From assembly GCA_945872355.1 (NCBI GenBank), contig CAMBZU010000004.1, positions 3,609 through 67,608 of the forward strand: a stretch of DNA of 64,000 nt. Reading direction: 5' to 3'. Positions 1 to 10,793 of this stretch are shown one piece after another. Every line of letters starts with the position of its first letter. Position 1 is the stretch's first letter. The notes below the pieces were generated by a model. It did not search any database, was not told where the DNA came from, and saw only the letters and a program-made list of their open reading frames with translations. The DNA comes from Chitinophaga pinensis (GTDB lineage: Bacteria; Bacteroidota; Bacteroidia; UBA4408). Both the position numbers and the translations under genes were made by a program.

Positions 1-1499
1 ATTACATAACCTACTTTAATCATGTTTCTTAATTCACAAAGTTGTTTACTTACTGTGGTTCTTTCATACAAATTTTCTGTTTCTTTATGAAGAATAAGTA
101 GTCTATCAAATGCACGTTTTAAACGTAAATCTGAACGCACAATGCCAACATAATTACTCATAATGGCTTGTAACTCTTTTAAACTTTGTGTAATTAATAC
201 CATTTCTTCGGGGCTGGCAGTGCCTTCTGCATCCCAATCTGGAATGCCATTCATTAATGAAATTTGACTGGCAGTTTCAATAGCATGCACCGCTGCTCTA
301 TGAGAAAAAACTAAAGCTTCAAGCAATGAATTAGATGCCAATCTATTTGCACCATGCAAGCCCGTTCTTGAACACTCGCCAACTGCGTACAAATTTTTAA
401 TACTACTTCTTCCAAATTCATCAACATCAATACCTCCGCACATATAATGTGCAGCCGGAACAACTGGAATTAAAGCTTGAAAAACATCAATATTAAGTGA
501 TAAACATTTGTTATAAATATTAGGAAAATGTTTGATAAAATCGGCCTGATTTAAATCTCTGCAATCTAAATAAACAAAATCATCGCCGCGTGTTTTCATT
601 TCGTTATCAATGGCCCGCGCTACAATATCACGTGGGGCAAGGTCTTTCCTTTTATCATATTTTATCATAAAAGCTTCGCCTGCCTTATTTTTAAGCACGG
701 CTCCAAAACCTCTAACTGCCTCTGAAATTAAAAAAGAAGGATGTTGCCCTGGTTGATATAAAGATGTTGGATGAAATTGAATAAATTCCATATCCTTAAT
801 TTTACCTTTAGCCCTGTAAACCATGGCTACTCCATCTCCTGTGGCAATGGTAGGATTGGTTGTACTTTCATAAATATGACCGCAGCCACCTGAAGCCATT
901 AGAATTGTTTTAGCAGCAATAATTTCAATCTTTTCTGTTTTAAGATTTAAAGCGTAAACTCCATAACATTCAATGCCTGGTGTTTGGCTATTTACCCATA
1001 TTCCAAGATGATGTTGTGTAATTATTTCCATGGCATAATAATGAGCTAATATCTCAATATTAGGATGCGAATGAGCTTGTGCTAAAAGCGCTCTTTCTAT
1101 TTCAAAGCCTGTATTGTCTTTATGATGTAGTATTCGCTTTTCTGAGTGTCCGCCTTCTTTTGCTAAATCATAATTACCCGCTTCTGTTTTATCAAATTGA
1201 GCGCCCCAATTAATCAATTCATCAATTCTTTGCGTCGACTCTTCAATGACTAGTTTTACAATTTGCTCATCACAAACACCATCTCCACAAATTAATGTAT
1301 CTTCTATGTGTTTGCGATAAGAATCTGGTTCATACATTACTGCAGCAATGCCGCCTTGTGCGTATTTAGTGTTGCTTTCATCTTCATCAGATTTAGTTAA
1401 CATCAACACTTTCCCAAAAGCTGCCACTTTTAAAGCAAAGCTAATACCCGCAATACCAGAACCTATAACTAAAAAATCTACCTCTCTTTTTTGCATCAT
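1..1499 (-). CDS. nadB: L-aspartate oxidase (3' end runs off the window; absent from the ORF track)
   Basis: Manual translation from ATG at 1499 gives MMQKREVDFLVIGSGIAGISFALKVA (FAD-binding GxGxxG). The frame contains TKYAQGGIAAV, EGGHSEKRILH, EFIQFHPT and GLHGANRLASNSLLEALVF, and ELRN near position 1. Confidence 0.95.
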   Translation of the reverse strand, partial: MMQKREVDFLVIGSGIAGISFALKVAAFGKVLMLTKSDEDESNTKYAQGGIAAVMYEPDSYRKHIEDTLICGDGVCDEQIVKLVIEESTQRIDELINWGAQFDKTEAGNYDLAKEGGHSEKRILHHKDNTGFEIERALLAQAHSHPNIEILAHYYAMEIITQHHLGIWVNSQTPGIECYGVYALNLKTEKIEIIAAKTILMASGGCGHIYESTTNPTIATGDGVAMVYRAKGKIKDMEFIQFHPTSLYQPGQHPSFLISEAVRGFGAVLKNKAGEAFMIKYDKRKDLAPRDIVARAIDNEMKTRGDDFVYLDCRDLNQADFIKHFPNIYNKCLSLNIDVFQALIPVVPAAHYMCGGIDVDEFGRSSIKNLYAVGECSRTGLHGANRLASNSLLEALVFSHRAAVHAIETASQISLMNGIPDWDAEGTASPEEMVLITQSLKELQAIMSNYVGIVRSDLRLKRAFDRLLILHKETENLYERTTVSKQLCELRNMIKVGYV

Positions 1500-1543
1500 T
1501 AAAATAAGAATATCACATAATAAGTAATCGTTTTACTTATAAA

Positions 1544-2431
1544 TTATTCATGTCCTGTAAACTCATTTCGCTCTACATATTCTATAATCTTTCCAGCAAT
1601 ATCAACCTTTGTAGCTCCTTCTATCCCTTCTAATCCAGGTGATGAATTTACTTCCATTACCAATGGGCCTCTTTCACTGCGCAACATATCAACACCGGCA
1701 ATGGCTAAGCCTAATTTTTTTGCTGCTTTAATTGCAGTTGCTTTTTCTACTGATGTTAGCTCTATTACAGTTGCAACACCGCCTCTATGCAAATTTGACC
1801 TAAAATCTCCTTCAGCACCTTGACGTTTCATAGCGCCAACAATTTGTCCATCAACAATAAATGCGCGCACATCAGCACCTTTAGCTTCCTTAATAAACTC
1901 TTGAACAAGTATGTTCACCTCAACCCCTAAAAAAGCCTCAATTACTGATTTTGCTGAGTTTCTAGTTTCAGCCAAAATAACACCAATTCCTTGCGTGCCT
2001 TCTAACAGTTTAATAACAACAGGCGCGCCTCCAACTTGTTCTAAAACATTGTCAATATCCTTTGGATGTGAGGCAAAAGCTGTTTTAGGCATGCCAATAC
2101 CAGACTTAGCCAACAACTGCAAACTTCTTAATTTATCTCTTGAGCGCACAAGTGCTTGCGACTCTACTGCCGAAAATATTTTCATTTGTTCAAACTGTCT
2201 CACCACAGCTGCCCCATAAAAAGTTACCGAAGCACCAATCCTTGGAATAATAGCATCAACACCAACTACATCGTTCCCACCATATACTATTTTGGGCTTG
2301 CCTTGTTCAATTACCAATACACATTTTTGATGATCCAAAATAAGCATTTCGTGCCCTCTTTGTTTGCCAGCTTCGAGCAATCTCCTAGTGGAGTACAAGG
2401 AAGGGTTTCTTGATAAAATAGCTATTTTCAT
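1544..2431 (-). CDS. rimK: RimK family ATP-grasp alpha-L-glutamate ligase
   Basis: [45 protein letters not shown] and [12 protein letters not shown] are canonical RimK motifs. Confidence 0.95.
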   Translation of the reverse strand: MKIAILSRNPSLYSTRRLLEAGKQRGHEMLILDHQKCVLVIEQGKPKIVYGGNDVVGVDAIIPRIGASVTFYGAAVVRQFEQMKIFSAVESQALVRSRDKLRSLQLLAKSGIGMPKTAFASHPKDIDNVLEQVGGAPVVIKLLEGTQGIGVILAETRNSAKSVIEAFLGVEVNILVQEFIKEAKGADVRAFIVDGQIVGAMKRQGAEGDFRSNLHRGGVATVIELTSVEKATAIKAAKKLGLAIAGVDMLRSERGPLVMEVNSSPGLEGIEGATKVDIAGKIIEYVERNEFTGHE

Positions 2432-2448
2432 TTAATTTATATTGAGTT

Positions 2449-2901
2449 TTATTTTAACGACTCTAAAAGATGTTCCTCAGCAACATTTACTAAAAATCTA
2501 CCCTTTAATAACTTCCTTCCAACGAGCACCGGAAAGCGCATATTTGATCTGCTTGTGAGCGAAACAGAACCTCTAACTTTTCTTTTCCCCAATAAAATAA
2601 GCGTTTTTATTACATACCGATCTTCTTGGTCGCCAAATGAATTTTTAAAAGTTTTTAGCTTGAAATTTTCAAATTGCTGCGCTGCACTTGTAAAATTTTC
2701 ATGCCCAGGATCAAGTAATTTAAAACATAAAATCGACTTCCCATTTATAATTTTAACTGCTATATCATAACAATGAATAGTAGTTGAATAGGCGCCTGTA
2801 TCTATCTTTGCTTCAATGTTAAACAAATGCAAATCAGGAAAACTAATTCGTTCTCTTCTTCCAATTACTACTAAATTTTGTGATTTATTTTTTATAGCCA
2901 T
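2449..2901 (-). CDS. RimK-associated retropepsin-like protease (RimB / putative ATP-dependent Zn protease family)
   Basis: IGRRE, AKIDTGAYST and RSNMRFPVLVGRKLL motifs; directly upstream of rimK. Start moved from 2985 to the ATG at 2901 (MAIKNK). Confidence 0.85.
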   Translation of the reverse strand: MAIKNKSQNLVVIGRRERISFPDLHLFNIEAKIDTGAYSTTIHCYDIAVKIINGKSILCFKLLDPGHENFTSAAQQFENFKLKTFKNSFGDQEDRYVIKTLILLGKRKVRGSVSLTSRSNMRFPVLVGRKLLKGRFLVNVAEEHLLESLK

Positions 2902-3106
2902 GCCAACCTCCAATGCAAATAAAATCAAAATAATAATGCAAAAGACAAGTTCCTCAAAATACTTTTTTTGATTTAAAACAACCATTTGTGAATATCTTAG
3001 CCATACATATTTAAAATAAGAATTTCATTAAGCATATCATTGTGTTTCAAATTTCTTATATTTGGTTTATTGAATACAATAACTAAATTTAAGTACACTC
3101 ACTTTT

Positions 3107-4390
3107 ATGGATAGATTTACTGGTCTGATTGGAATTATTTTAATCCTTGGAATTGCTTATTTATTGAGCAATAATAAAAAGCAAATTAACTATCGCTTAG
3201 TTGGCACTGGATTGCTGTTACAAGCCTTATTGGCAGTTTTTATTCTTAAAGTTCCCTTAGGTCAAGCTATCTTTGGTAAATTAGGAAATGCTGTAAGTAA
3301 ATTACTAGAATTTAGTGACCGTGGTGCCGATTTTGTATTCGGAATTTTGGTCAATAAAGAAAAATTAGAAAGCGTTTTTGGCGCAGGTAGCAGCTTTATT
3401 TTTATGTTTAAAATAATGCCCACCATCATTTTTGTTTCAGTTTTAGTAAGCATTGCCTATCATATTGGTTTAATGCAAAGAATTGTTGCTGTTGTTGCAA
3501 AAGCTGTGCATTGGTTAATGGGCGTGAGCGGTAGCGAAGCTATAAGTAATGTAGCAAGTGCTTTCGTTGGTCAAGTTGAAGCGCAAATTATGATAAAACC
3601 ATACATAAGCAGCATGACTATGAGCGAAATATTAGCTTCAATGGCAGGAAGCATGGCTTGTATTGCTGGCGGAGTTATGGCTGTTTACATTTCAATGGGT
3701 GTGCCTGCCGAATATTTAATTGCCGCCAGTTTAATGGCAGCTCCCGGGGCATTGGTAATATCAAAAATTGTACTTCCCGAAACAGAAGAGTCAACAACCA
3801 AAGGCACTGTAAAATTAGAAATAAAAAAAGCCCATGCTAATTTAATGGATGCAATATCGCATGGAGCTTCTGATGGCCTAAAAGTTTCTTTAAATGTTAT
3901 TGCAATGTTAATTGGCTTCATTGCATTAATTGCTATGATTGATGCTATTTTAGGCTACACCGGCAGAGGAATGATGTCGGCAGGAATGTCACTTTCTGCT
4001 GTTGGAATTGATTTAAATGTACTATCATTAAAACAAATACTTGGTGCATTCTTTTCTATTTTTGCTTTCGCAATGGGCGTTCCTTGGAACGAAGCTTCAC
4101 AAGTTGGTGGGCTCCTAGGTACAAAAATGGTCATAAACGAATTTGTTGCTTACAGCGATTTATCTGCAATGATTAAAGCTGGTGTATTAAGTAAAAAAGC
4201 ACTTACAATTGTAAGTTTTGCGCTTTGCGGCTTTGCCAACTTTAGTAGTATTGCCATTCAAGTGGGTGGCATTGGCGAATTAGCTCCTGATCGACGACAA
4301 GACCTCGCAAGACTTGGTTTCAAAGCGCTTATTTGCGGTACTTTAGCCAGTTATTTATCGGCAACCATTGCCGGAATTTTGATTGGCTAA
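3107..4390 (+). CDS. CNT family Na+/H+ nucleoside transporter (NupC-like)
   Basis: FVGQVEA, MAAPGALVISK, KMVINEFVAY and FALCGFANFSSIAIQVGG motifs. Confidence 0.92.
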   Translation: MDRFTGLIGIILILGIAYLLSNNKKQINYRLVGTGLLLQALLAVFILKVPLGQAIFGKLGNAVSKLLEFSDRGADFVFGILVNKEKLESVFGAGSSFIFMFKIMPTIIFVSVLVSIAYHIGLMQRIVAVVAKAVHWLMGVSGSEAISNVASAFVGQVEAQIMIKPYISSMTMSEILASMAGSMACIAGGVMAVYISMGVPAEYLIAASLMAAPGALVISKIVLPETEESTTKGTVKLEIKKAHANLMDAISHGASDGLKVSLNVIAMLIGFIALIAMIDAILGYTGRGMMSAGMSLSAVGIDLNVLSLKQILGAFFSIFAFAMGVPWNEASQVGGLLGTKMVINEFVAYSDLSAMIKAGVLSKKALTIVSFALCGFANFSSIAIQVGGIGELAPDRRQDLARLGFKALICGTLASYLSATIAGILIG

Positions 4391-4630
4391 ACTATTTTGC
4401 GCATCATTTATACATGAGATCATTAAAAATTACTTTGCTTATTGCATTTGTATTACAAAGCAATTTTTTAAGGCAAAAGCATCAATAAATGGAGGGCTGC
4501 AGGCAAACTTATCACGCATCTCAATATTGATTAGCAAATGTAAAGATGGCGTAAATGCAGCGAAAATGAAGATCAAGAAAATAAAAGAACAGCATTTAGA
4601 ATTGTAAAAACAAACTAAAACCATATCATT

Positions 4631-5515
4631 CTGTTTACTCGCTATAAAAACTATTTCCTTTTACACTTAACTGTATTTATTTTTGGATTTACTGGCATTT
4701 TAGGTAAACTCATTACAATACCTGCTCAAAATTTAGTTTGGTACAGGTTATTAATAGCCATAGTGGCACTTTTTATTTTTATAAGAGGTATTAAAAAGCA
4801 AAATATAAAATGCAGCAAACAACAATTGTTATTTTATGGAATTACAGGTGTTATAATTGCATCGCATTGGGTATTTTTCTATTTAAGTATTAAAGCAGCG
4901 CCAGTGAGCATTGCTGTAGTTTGTTTATCATCTTCCACCTTCTTTACAGCGCTAATTGAACCTCTTTTTTATAAAAGAAAAATTATTATTTATGAAGTAA
5001 TTCTTGGGCTCATTATTATACTTAGCTTATACCTAATTTTTAAAATAAATTATACCTATAAACTGGGCATGATATACGGCATAATATCAGCCTTATTAGC
5101 TTCTATTTTCCCAGTATTAAATGGAATACTTATTAAGAACAGTAACGCCTACACACTTACTTTTTATGAACTTATTGGAGGTTTTATACTCCTCTCTGTT
5201 TACTTTATTTTTAACGGCAACTTTAACGCTTCTTTTTTTATGGTGTCGCTTGCTGATTATCTTTGGTTAATTATACTTGGCATTGTATGCACGGCTTTTA
5301 CTTTTGTAATTGGCGTAGAAATTATGAAAGAAATTAGTCCCTATACTGTGGTGCTTAGTATCAATCTAGAACCTTTATATACGATTATTATTGCAGCCCT
5401 ATTCCTAGGAGAAAGTGCTTACCTAAGCAATGGTTTTTATTGGGGCACAGCGTTTATATTAAGCACTATTTTCATCAATGCTTTGCTCAAAAAAAAGTTC
5501 GCGCAAGTTTCTTAA
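4631..5515 (+). CDS. EamA/DMT family transporter (probable non-canonical start)
   Basis: Two EamA-like halves. The frame extends upstream of the track start (GTG 4763) through LFTRYKNYFLLHLTVFIFGFTGILGKLI...LVWYR to an in-frame TAA at 4616-4618. Confidence 0.85.
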   Translation: MFTRYKNYFLLHLTVFIFGFTGILGKLITIPAQNLVWYRLLIAIVALFIFIRGIKKQNIKCSKQQLLFYGITGVIIASHWVFFYLSIKAAPVSIAVVCLSSSTFFTALIEPLFYKRKIIIYEVILGLIIILSLYLIFKINYTYKLGMIYGIISALLASIFPVLNGILIKNSNAYTLTFYELIGGFILLSVYFIFNGNFNASFFMVSLADYLWLIILGIVCTAFTFVIGVEIMKEISPYTVVLSINLEPLYTIIIAALFLGESAYLSNGFYWGTAFILSTIFINALLKKKFAQVS

Positions 5516-5521
5516 TGAAAA

Positions 5522-8500
5522 CTAATTTTTTGCAATCGTAATTTTCTTGTATTGAACATGCTTTTGACCTTTTAATGAAATAATATAATTACCCGCTGAC
5601 AAATAATCGCAGTTAATACTTAATAAGCCATTTACTTGATCTTTCGCGCTGAATACTTTCTCATAAACAATACTACCTTCAATAGCTGTTATTGATACGT
5701 TAATTATTCCTGAATTTACATCCCCAATTTCAAGCGTAAATTTACCCGTGTTTGGATTTGGATAAATGTTCCAATCATTTGTTTCAGCATTTGCAGCCTC
5801 TATACCTGTTGCGATACTATTCGACAAAGCTGAGCAGCCGTTGCTCCCAATCACACCAACTGAATATGCTCCTGTTTGATTGGCTAAATAAAATGAATTG
5901 GTAGCTCCTAAAATTGCAGCACCATTGTAATACCACTGTAAATTGCCTAATGTATTTGCAAATAAAGTATCATTACTGATGCTTATCACTGCAGACGCAG
6001 GATTAGGCAAAACAACTATTTGTATGGTATCTGAATAAGTAGCACAGCCAAAAACATCAACCGTTTTAATGGCATAATATCCTGAAGTGTCAGTACTAAA
6101 AGAAATATTGCCAAAATTATTTGGATACCATTGATAAGTTTGAGCATTGCTTGATTTTATAATAACACTCGCCCCCTCGCAAAGGGTGTCATTACCTGTT
6201 AGCGTAATGATTGGAATAATGGCTGGGCTGACTGATATGTAATTTAGTTTTGTAATTGAGTCTGTTCCAAAACCATTTGTTGCTATTAAACTAACATGAT
6301 TATAAGTACCAGGATTGCTATAAGTAACAATCGGATTTTGATCTGTTGAGGTGGAGGGGTTACCTCCAGGAAACGACCACAACCAAGATGTAGGATTGTT
6401 AAAGGAATTATCCGTAAATTGAACTGTAAAACCAGGACATCCACTTACAACATCGGCATTAAAATTTGCAAAAGGCAATTGGCTACTTGGATTATAAATA
6501 CTGCTTTCCCATAAACCTCTGCCGTAGGTTGCAGCCCTCAGTTTATTACTATTATATTGAATTTCTAATTCATCAACACGCACATTAGGCAAACCATTCA
6601 TATAAGGCACCCACATATTGATAATGTCATCAAAATAATATACGCCAAAGTCAGTTCCTACATAAATGCCATCAGCTGTTCCTGTTTGATTTACTATTGT
6701 ATTTACTGGAATATTTGGCAAGCCTGCACTTAAATTTTGCCACGTTGCACCTCCATCTATAGATTTATAAACTTTATTTGTTGCATTGTAACCCGATCTA
6801 CAGATCCATATTTTATCAGGGTTAGTTTGGTCAATCGCAATGTCGGTAATCGGATTTGAACCAGCACTAGGCACAGTTATCGAACTCCAACTAGTACCCC
6901 CATTACTTGTTTTATTTATTGACGTACTGTTCGAAATATAAATATATGATGGGTTACTTTTAGCTACTTTCAAAATAGTTAATCCGCCAATATTTAAATT
7001 AGATATTTGGGTCCAACTATTTCCTCTATTAGTTGATTTCCATACATTTTTATACCCTGCAAATAAGGTATTTGCTGCGCTTGGATGCTGCATCCAAGGT
7101 GTTACCCACTCACCGTCTTCATTAATATTATTTTTGATCCCTTGAAAACTATTACCACCATTACTCGACCTACTTATATTTCCATATTGCGATTCTCCAT
7201 ATTGATAATTTGGGTCATTCCAATCTACAAAACACTCCATTCCATCGCCACCTAAAATATGCGCCCATTGGCCTGAGCTGTATTGATTTGTACCGTTATC
7301 TTGCCAGCCTTGCAAAACAAGTGATGAATTTGTAGCCGAGCAGCCCAATTTATACATTTGCCCAATTTGTAAACCATTGCTTAAGTCGCTCCAATTGCCC
7401 GAACCAATTGTTGATCGAAAAATACCACCATCAGCGCCTGCAAATAATATCCCGGCATTCGGTTTAAATATCAAATCGTGCACATCGGCATGCACATAAG
7501 CTGTGCCATTTGCACCTTGCCAATGGGCTTCAATATTCCAATTATTCCCACCATCAGTCGAAAGCCAAATGTTAACTCCACCAACAGCTACTATATTTTC
7601 ATCCAATGGTGAAACAGCAATACTTAGTGTATACCATCCTTGTCCATCTGTATCAGCTCCATCCCAATCCCAACCAAGCAAATTTGGGAAATCGGCTTGC
7701 AGTATAAAGTTTGTGCCCGAGTCATTGCTTTTGTAAATCCCTTTAAACCCATTGTTGGAGGAATTAGATGATACTAAGTAAACAAGTTCTGGGTTAGCTT
7801 GTGTAACTGCTATTGACATCCTTGAAGAGCTGCTTGCTATGGGCAAACCAGATGAAATAGAAACAAAGGTTGTTCCGCCATCGGTTGACTTATAAAAATT
7901 AGTATTTGAAGTGGCATACAAAACATTACTAGTTCCTGGCTTTAATTCCAAATCCCTAACATTGTTTGTAGTGAGCACCTTGGTCCAATTTACACCTGCA
8001 TTGTTCGATTTATAAATACCATTGCTTGCTGCAGCCCAAAGTATATTTGAATTAGTTGGGTCAATGATTATTCTTGAAACATATCTTCCTTGCGATACTG
8101 TAAAATTTAATCCTGTTATCTGCCATGTAAGGCCTGCATCAACCGATTTCAAAACGCCAATGCCAGGTGCATCGCCCGCTGCTAAGTCACCACTGGCCAA
8201 ATATATTATATTAGGATTGTTTGCATCAACTGCAACATCGCTCACAGCTAATGAGGGCAATACACTTGTCATTACTGTCCAAGTAGCACCAGCATCTATA
8301 GATTTCCAAAGTCCACCCACTGGGGCACCAGCAAAAATTGTATTCGGCTGGGTAGGATGAAATCTTACACATGTTAATCTTCCCGCACCACCACCATCAG
8401 TAGGCACAGTAAATGCACCCATAGGTTGCCAATTTCCGCTGGCTTGCATAGAACTTCTGTAAATTGGATCAGCTATTAACCTTTCCATTTCTTTTCCACT

Positions 8501-8785
8501 CTCCAACATTAGTGACCTATCGCCCGAAGGAAAAACACGAGGTTTTATTGTATGTTCCCAACGTTTATACAAAAGTAAACCTTCACTTTCTATTTCATCT
8601 TTTCTATCAAACATAAAAAAACTTTTCAATTTTTCTTTACGTTCTTGCTTTTTCCAATGCTTATTAAATGATTGCTGTATCTCAAAAAAGTTAGCATTCG
8701 GGTCTTCCATTTTTTTAACCCACTCTTGTGCAAACAAAGTGGTTGAAAAAAGCAGAAAATATAAAAAGGTATAGTTGATTTTCAT
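5522..8785 (-). CDS. T9SS-secreted BNR/Asp-box (VPS10-like) beta-propeller protein with PKD domain
   Basis: Signal peptide, many SxDGGxxW Asp-boxes, PKD motif (PTSWLWSFPGG...YSNPGTY), C-terminal IYPNP...GNYII...KKITI T9SS CTD. Confidence 0.85.
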   Translation of the reverse strand: MKINYTFLYFLLFSTTLFAQEWVKKMEDPNANFFEIQQSFNKHWKKQERKEKLKSFFMFDRKDEIESEGLLLYKRWEHTIKPRVFPSGDRSLMLESGKEMERLIADPIYRSSMQASGNWQPMGAFTVPTDGGGAGRLTCVRFHPTQPNTIFAGAPVGGLWKSIDAGATWTVMTSVLPSLAVSDVAVDANNPNIIYLASGDLAAGDAPGIGVLKSVDAGLTWQITGLNFTVSQGRYVSRIIIDPTNSNILWAAASNGIYKSNNAGVNWTKVLTTNNVRDLELKPGTSNVLYATSNTNFYKSTDGGTTFVSISSGLPIASSSSRMSIAVTQANPELVYLVSSNSSNNGFKGIYKSNDSGTNFILQADFPNLLGWDWDGADTDGQGWYTLSIAVSPLDENIVAVGGVNIWLSTDGGNNWNIEAHWQGANGTAYVHADVHDLIFKPNAGILFAGADGGIFRSTIGSGNWSDLSNGLQIGQMYKLGCSATNSSLVLQGWQDNGTNQYSSGQWAHILGGDGMECFVDWNDPNYQYGESQYGNISRSSNGGNSFQGIKNNINEDGEWVTPWMQHPSAANTLFAGYKNVWKSTNRGNSWTQISNLNIGGLTILKVAKSNPSYIYISNSTSINKTSNGGTSWSSITVPSAGSNPITDIAIDQTNPDKIWICRSGYNATNKVYKSIDGGATWQNLSAGLPNIPVNTIVNQTGTADGIYVGTDFGVYYFDDIINMWVPYMNGLPNVRVDELEIQYNSNKLRAATYGRGLWESSIYNPSSQLPFANFNADVVSGCPGFTVQFTDNSFNNPTSWLWSFPGGNPSTSTDQNPIVTYSNPGTYNHVSLIATNGFGTDSITKLNYISVSPAIIPIITLTGNDTLCEGASVIIKSSNAQTYQWYPNNFGNISFSTDTSGYYAIKTVDVFGCATYSDTIQIVVLPNPASAVISISNDTLFANTLGNLQWYYNGAAILGATNSFYLANQTGAYSVGVIGSNGCSALSNSIATGIEAANAETNDWNIYPNPNTGKFTLEIGDVNSGIINVSITAIEGSIVYEKVFSAKDQVNGLLSINCDYLSAGNYIISLKGQKHVQYKKITIAKN

Positions 8786-8964
8786 TTACAAAGGAATAAT
8801 ATTTATTTTAATACGTATAAATAACAAGTTCATACTAAACTTGTTTTGCAAAAACAGGAAAACAAATGAAACAAATAATTCTTATAGCAACAAAAAACAG
8901 CTTTATAAATAAATACCCTGTTCATAGTGCGCAATTTGTGTTCAACAATACTAGCTAATTTTCA

Positions 8965-9456
8965 TCAAAGCATTGTACTCCCATAAATCTCATTCAGCTC
9001 CTTATTTGTCAATTTACAATTAATCCACTCGGCATCTAAAAGTACAGGCATTTTTTTATAAAAGTTGATGGCTGATTCGTTCCAATCCAACACTTGCCAT
9101 TCCATTCTTCTTACCCCTTGTGCTTGTGCTACATTGCCCACTTCATTAAACAATAATTTGCCCACACCTAAACCTCTTTTTGATTCAGTTACAATAATGT
9201 CTTCTAAAAACAAACATCGCCCTTTCCAGGTAGAGTATTTGTAGTAGTACAAGGCCAATCCAATTGTTTTTCCTACTTCAATAGCTACAAAAAACTCAAA
9301 TATAGGCCTTTCGCCAAACCCTTGCTGCTCCATTTCAATTAGGCTTACACTTACCTCATTGGGTGCTTTTTCGTATACTGCCAATTCCTTTATAAGCCCA
9401 AGCACTGCTGGTAAATCTGCCACAACACCTTTTCTTATTATTACATTATTTTTCAT
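8965..9456 (-). CDS. GNAT family N-acetyltransferase (SSAT/diamine acetyltransferase-like)
   Basis: LIKELAVYEK, YSTWKGRCLFLEDI, RGLGVGKLL and WQVLDWNESAINFY motifs. Start set at ATG 9456, since the longer track start overlaps the upstream gene. Confidence 0.9.
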   Translation of the reverse strand: MKNNVIIRKGVVADLPAVLGLIKELAVYEKAPNEVSVSLIEMEQQGFGERPIFEFFVAIEVGKTIGLALYYYKYSTWKGRCLFLEDIIVTESKRGLGVGKLLFNEVGNVAQAQGVRRMEWQVLDWNESAINFYKKMPVLLDAEWINCKLTNKELNEIYGSTML

Positions 9457-9461
9457 TTTAT

Positions 9462-10664
9462 TTAATTTATTGAACGCGTATCTAAGGCATCGCGCAAGCC
9501 ATTCCCCAACAAAGTAAAAGCCAAAACCAATAACATAATGGCACAACCTGGCGCAAGCGCTAAATAAGCTTTATCAAGCACAATGTAGCCGTAGTGTTCT
9601 TTAATCATATTGCCCCAACTTGGCATAGGTGGCTGTGCCCCAACCCCCAAAAAGCTTAATCCTGCCTCTATTAAAATAGCATTTGCAAAATTACTGGCCG
9701 AAATAACAATTAAAGGACTCCAAGCATTGGGTAAAATGTGTTTAAAAATTATCCTGAAGGGTTTATAACCTAGGGCCCTCGCCGCTTCTACAAATTCCTT
9801 TTCGCGCAAACTTAAAAATTGTCCTCTTGTAATTCTGGCAACCTCAACCCACATGGTTAAGCCCACGGCAATAAATATTTGAGAAAAACCTTTTCCTAAC
9901 AACAACGTAATTGAAATTACCAATAGCAAGGTAGGAATCGACCATATTACATTAATAAACCAAGTTATGATGGCATCAACCCTTCCTCCGTAATAACCTG
10001 CAACAGCGCCCATAAAAACACCAACGAGCAAAGAAATAAAAACTGCTATTAATCCTACAGAAAGTGAAATAATTGTTCCGGCCAAAAGCCTACTCAGCAA
10101 ATCACGTCCATATTTATCAGTACCTAACAAATAGGTTTCAGTTTGGATATTAGATTCAATAATTTTAATGATTTCTTGCTGCCTTATGCTTTTATTTTTA
10201 CCATTTTCATGGATAAATGAAATTTCTTTTGATTTTTCATCATAGTTAGATTTGGCAATTGCATAAACTGCGGTCACCATCTTCATTTTCTGCTCCGGCA
10301 TTAAGTTTTTAGGATCGCCACTATAATCATTATATAAAATTTCATCGCCAACAAAACGATACTTAGATATTGGAATGTATTTATATAAATTTTCCCTACC
10401 TCCGAAAAAAAGCAAGTTAAAAAAGTTTTTTTCGTTAATTGTTTTACCGTTCAATACTTTAAGCATTTTAACTTCAAAACCTGGTTTTTGTGCAGCAATG
10501 GGCAATAACATTTCCTTGGCCATTAATGTTTTGTCTTTTCTAATATTGGCGCCTAAAATAGCTGTTAAGATGGCGAGTAGAATTACAACCAAACCAAAAA
10601 CTGCTGGTTTGTTTTTTAATAATTTAGTAAAGGCTAAAGCGCCGGGCGATTTACTTTTAAGCAA
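9462..10664 (-). CDS. Peptide ABC transporter permease (OppC/DppC-like) with periplasmic insertion
   Basis: LGTDKYGRDLLSRL, EFVEAARALG (EAA loop), EAGLSFLGVG and GNGLRDALD motifs; TTG start. Confidence 0.92.
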   Translation of the reverse strand: MLKSKSPGALAFTKLLKNKPAVFGLVVILLAILTAILGANIRKDKTLMAKEMLLPIAAQKPGFEVKMLKVLNGKTINEKNFFNLLFFGGRENLYKYIPISKYRFVGDEILYNDYSGDPKNLMPEQKMKMVTAVYAIAKSNYDEKSKEISFIHENGKNKSIRQQEIIKIIESNIQTETYLLGTDKYGRDLLSRLLAGTIISLSVGLIAVFISLLVGVFMGAVAGYYGGRVDAIITWFINVIWSIPTLLLVISITLLLGKGFSQIFIAVGLTMWVEVARITRGQFLSLREKEFVEAARALGYKPFRIIFKHILPNAWSPLIVISASNFANAILIEAGLSFLGVGAQPPMPSWGNMIKEHYGYIVLDKAYLALAPGCAIMLLVLAFTLLGNGLRDALDTRSIN

Positions 10665-10728
10665 TGTTGTAAATTTCGTGTAAAGCTAAATCATTTTAAC
10701 TTTATTCAAAAGGGAATTAAAAAAAAAG

Positions 10729-10757
10729 ACCTGTCAGCTTTTAAAAACCTAACAGGT
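10729..10757. repeat. REP-like palindrome ACCTGTCAG-CTTTTAAAAAC-CTAACAGGT
   Basis: Imperfect inverted repeat around a TTTTAAAAAC core; a second hairpin with a similar core lies at 10939-10971. Confidence 0.5.
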
Positions 10758-10793
10758 ATATATTGCGCGCTTTTGCCTAGCTTTTGTTGAATT

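Noticed and set aside
4383-4624. Small ORFs 4383-4607 (+) and 4439-4624 (-), and the hairpin at 4424-4470
   Set aside because: No recognisable motifs or convincing starts. The AT-rich imperfect hairpin may be a weak terminator for the nucleoside transporter but cannot be supported further.
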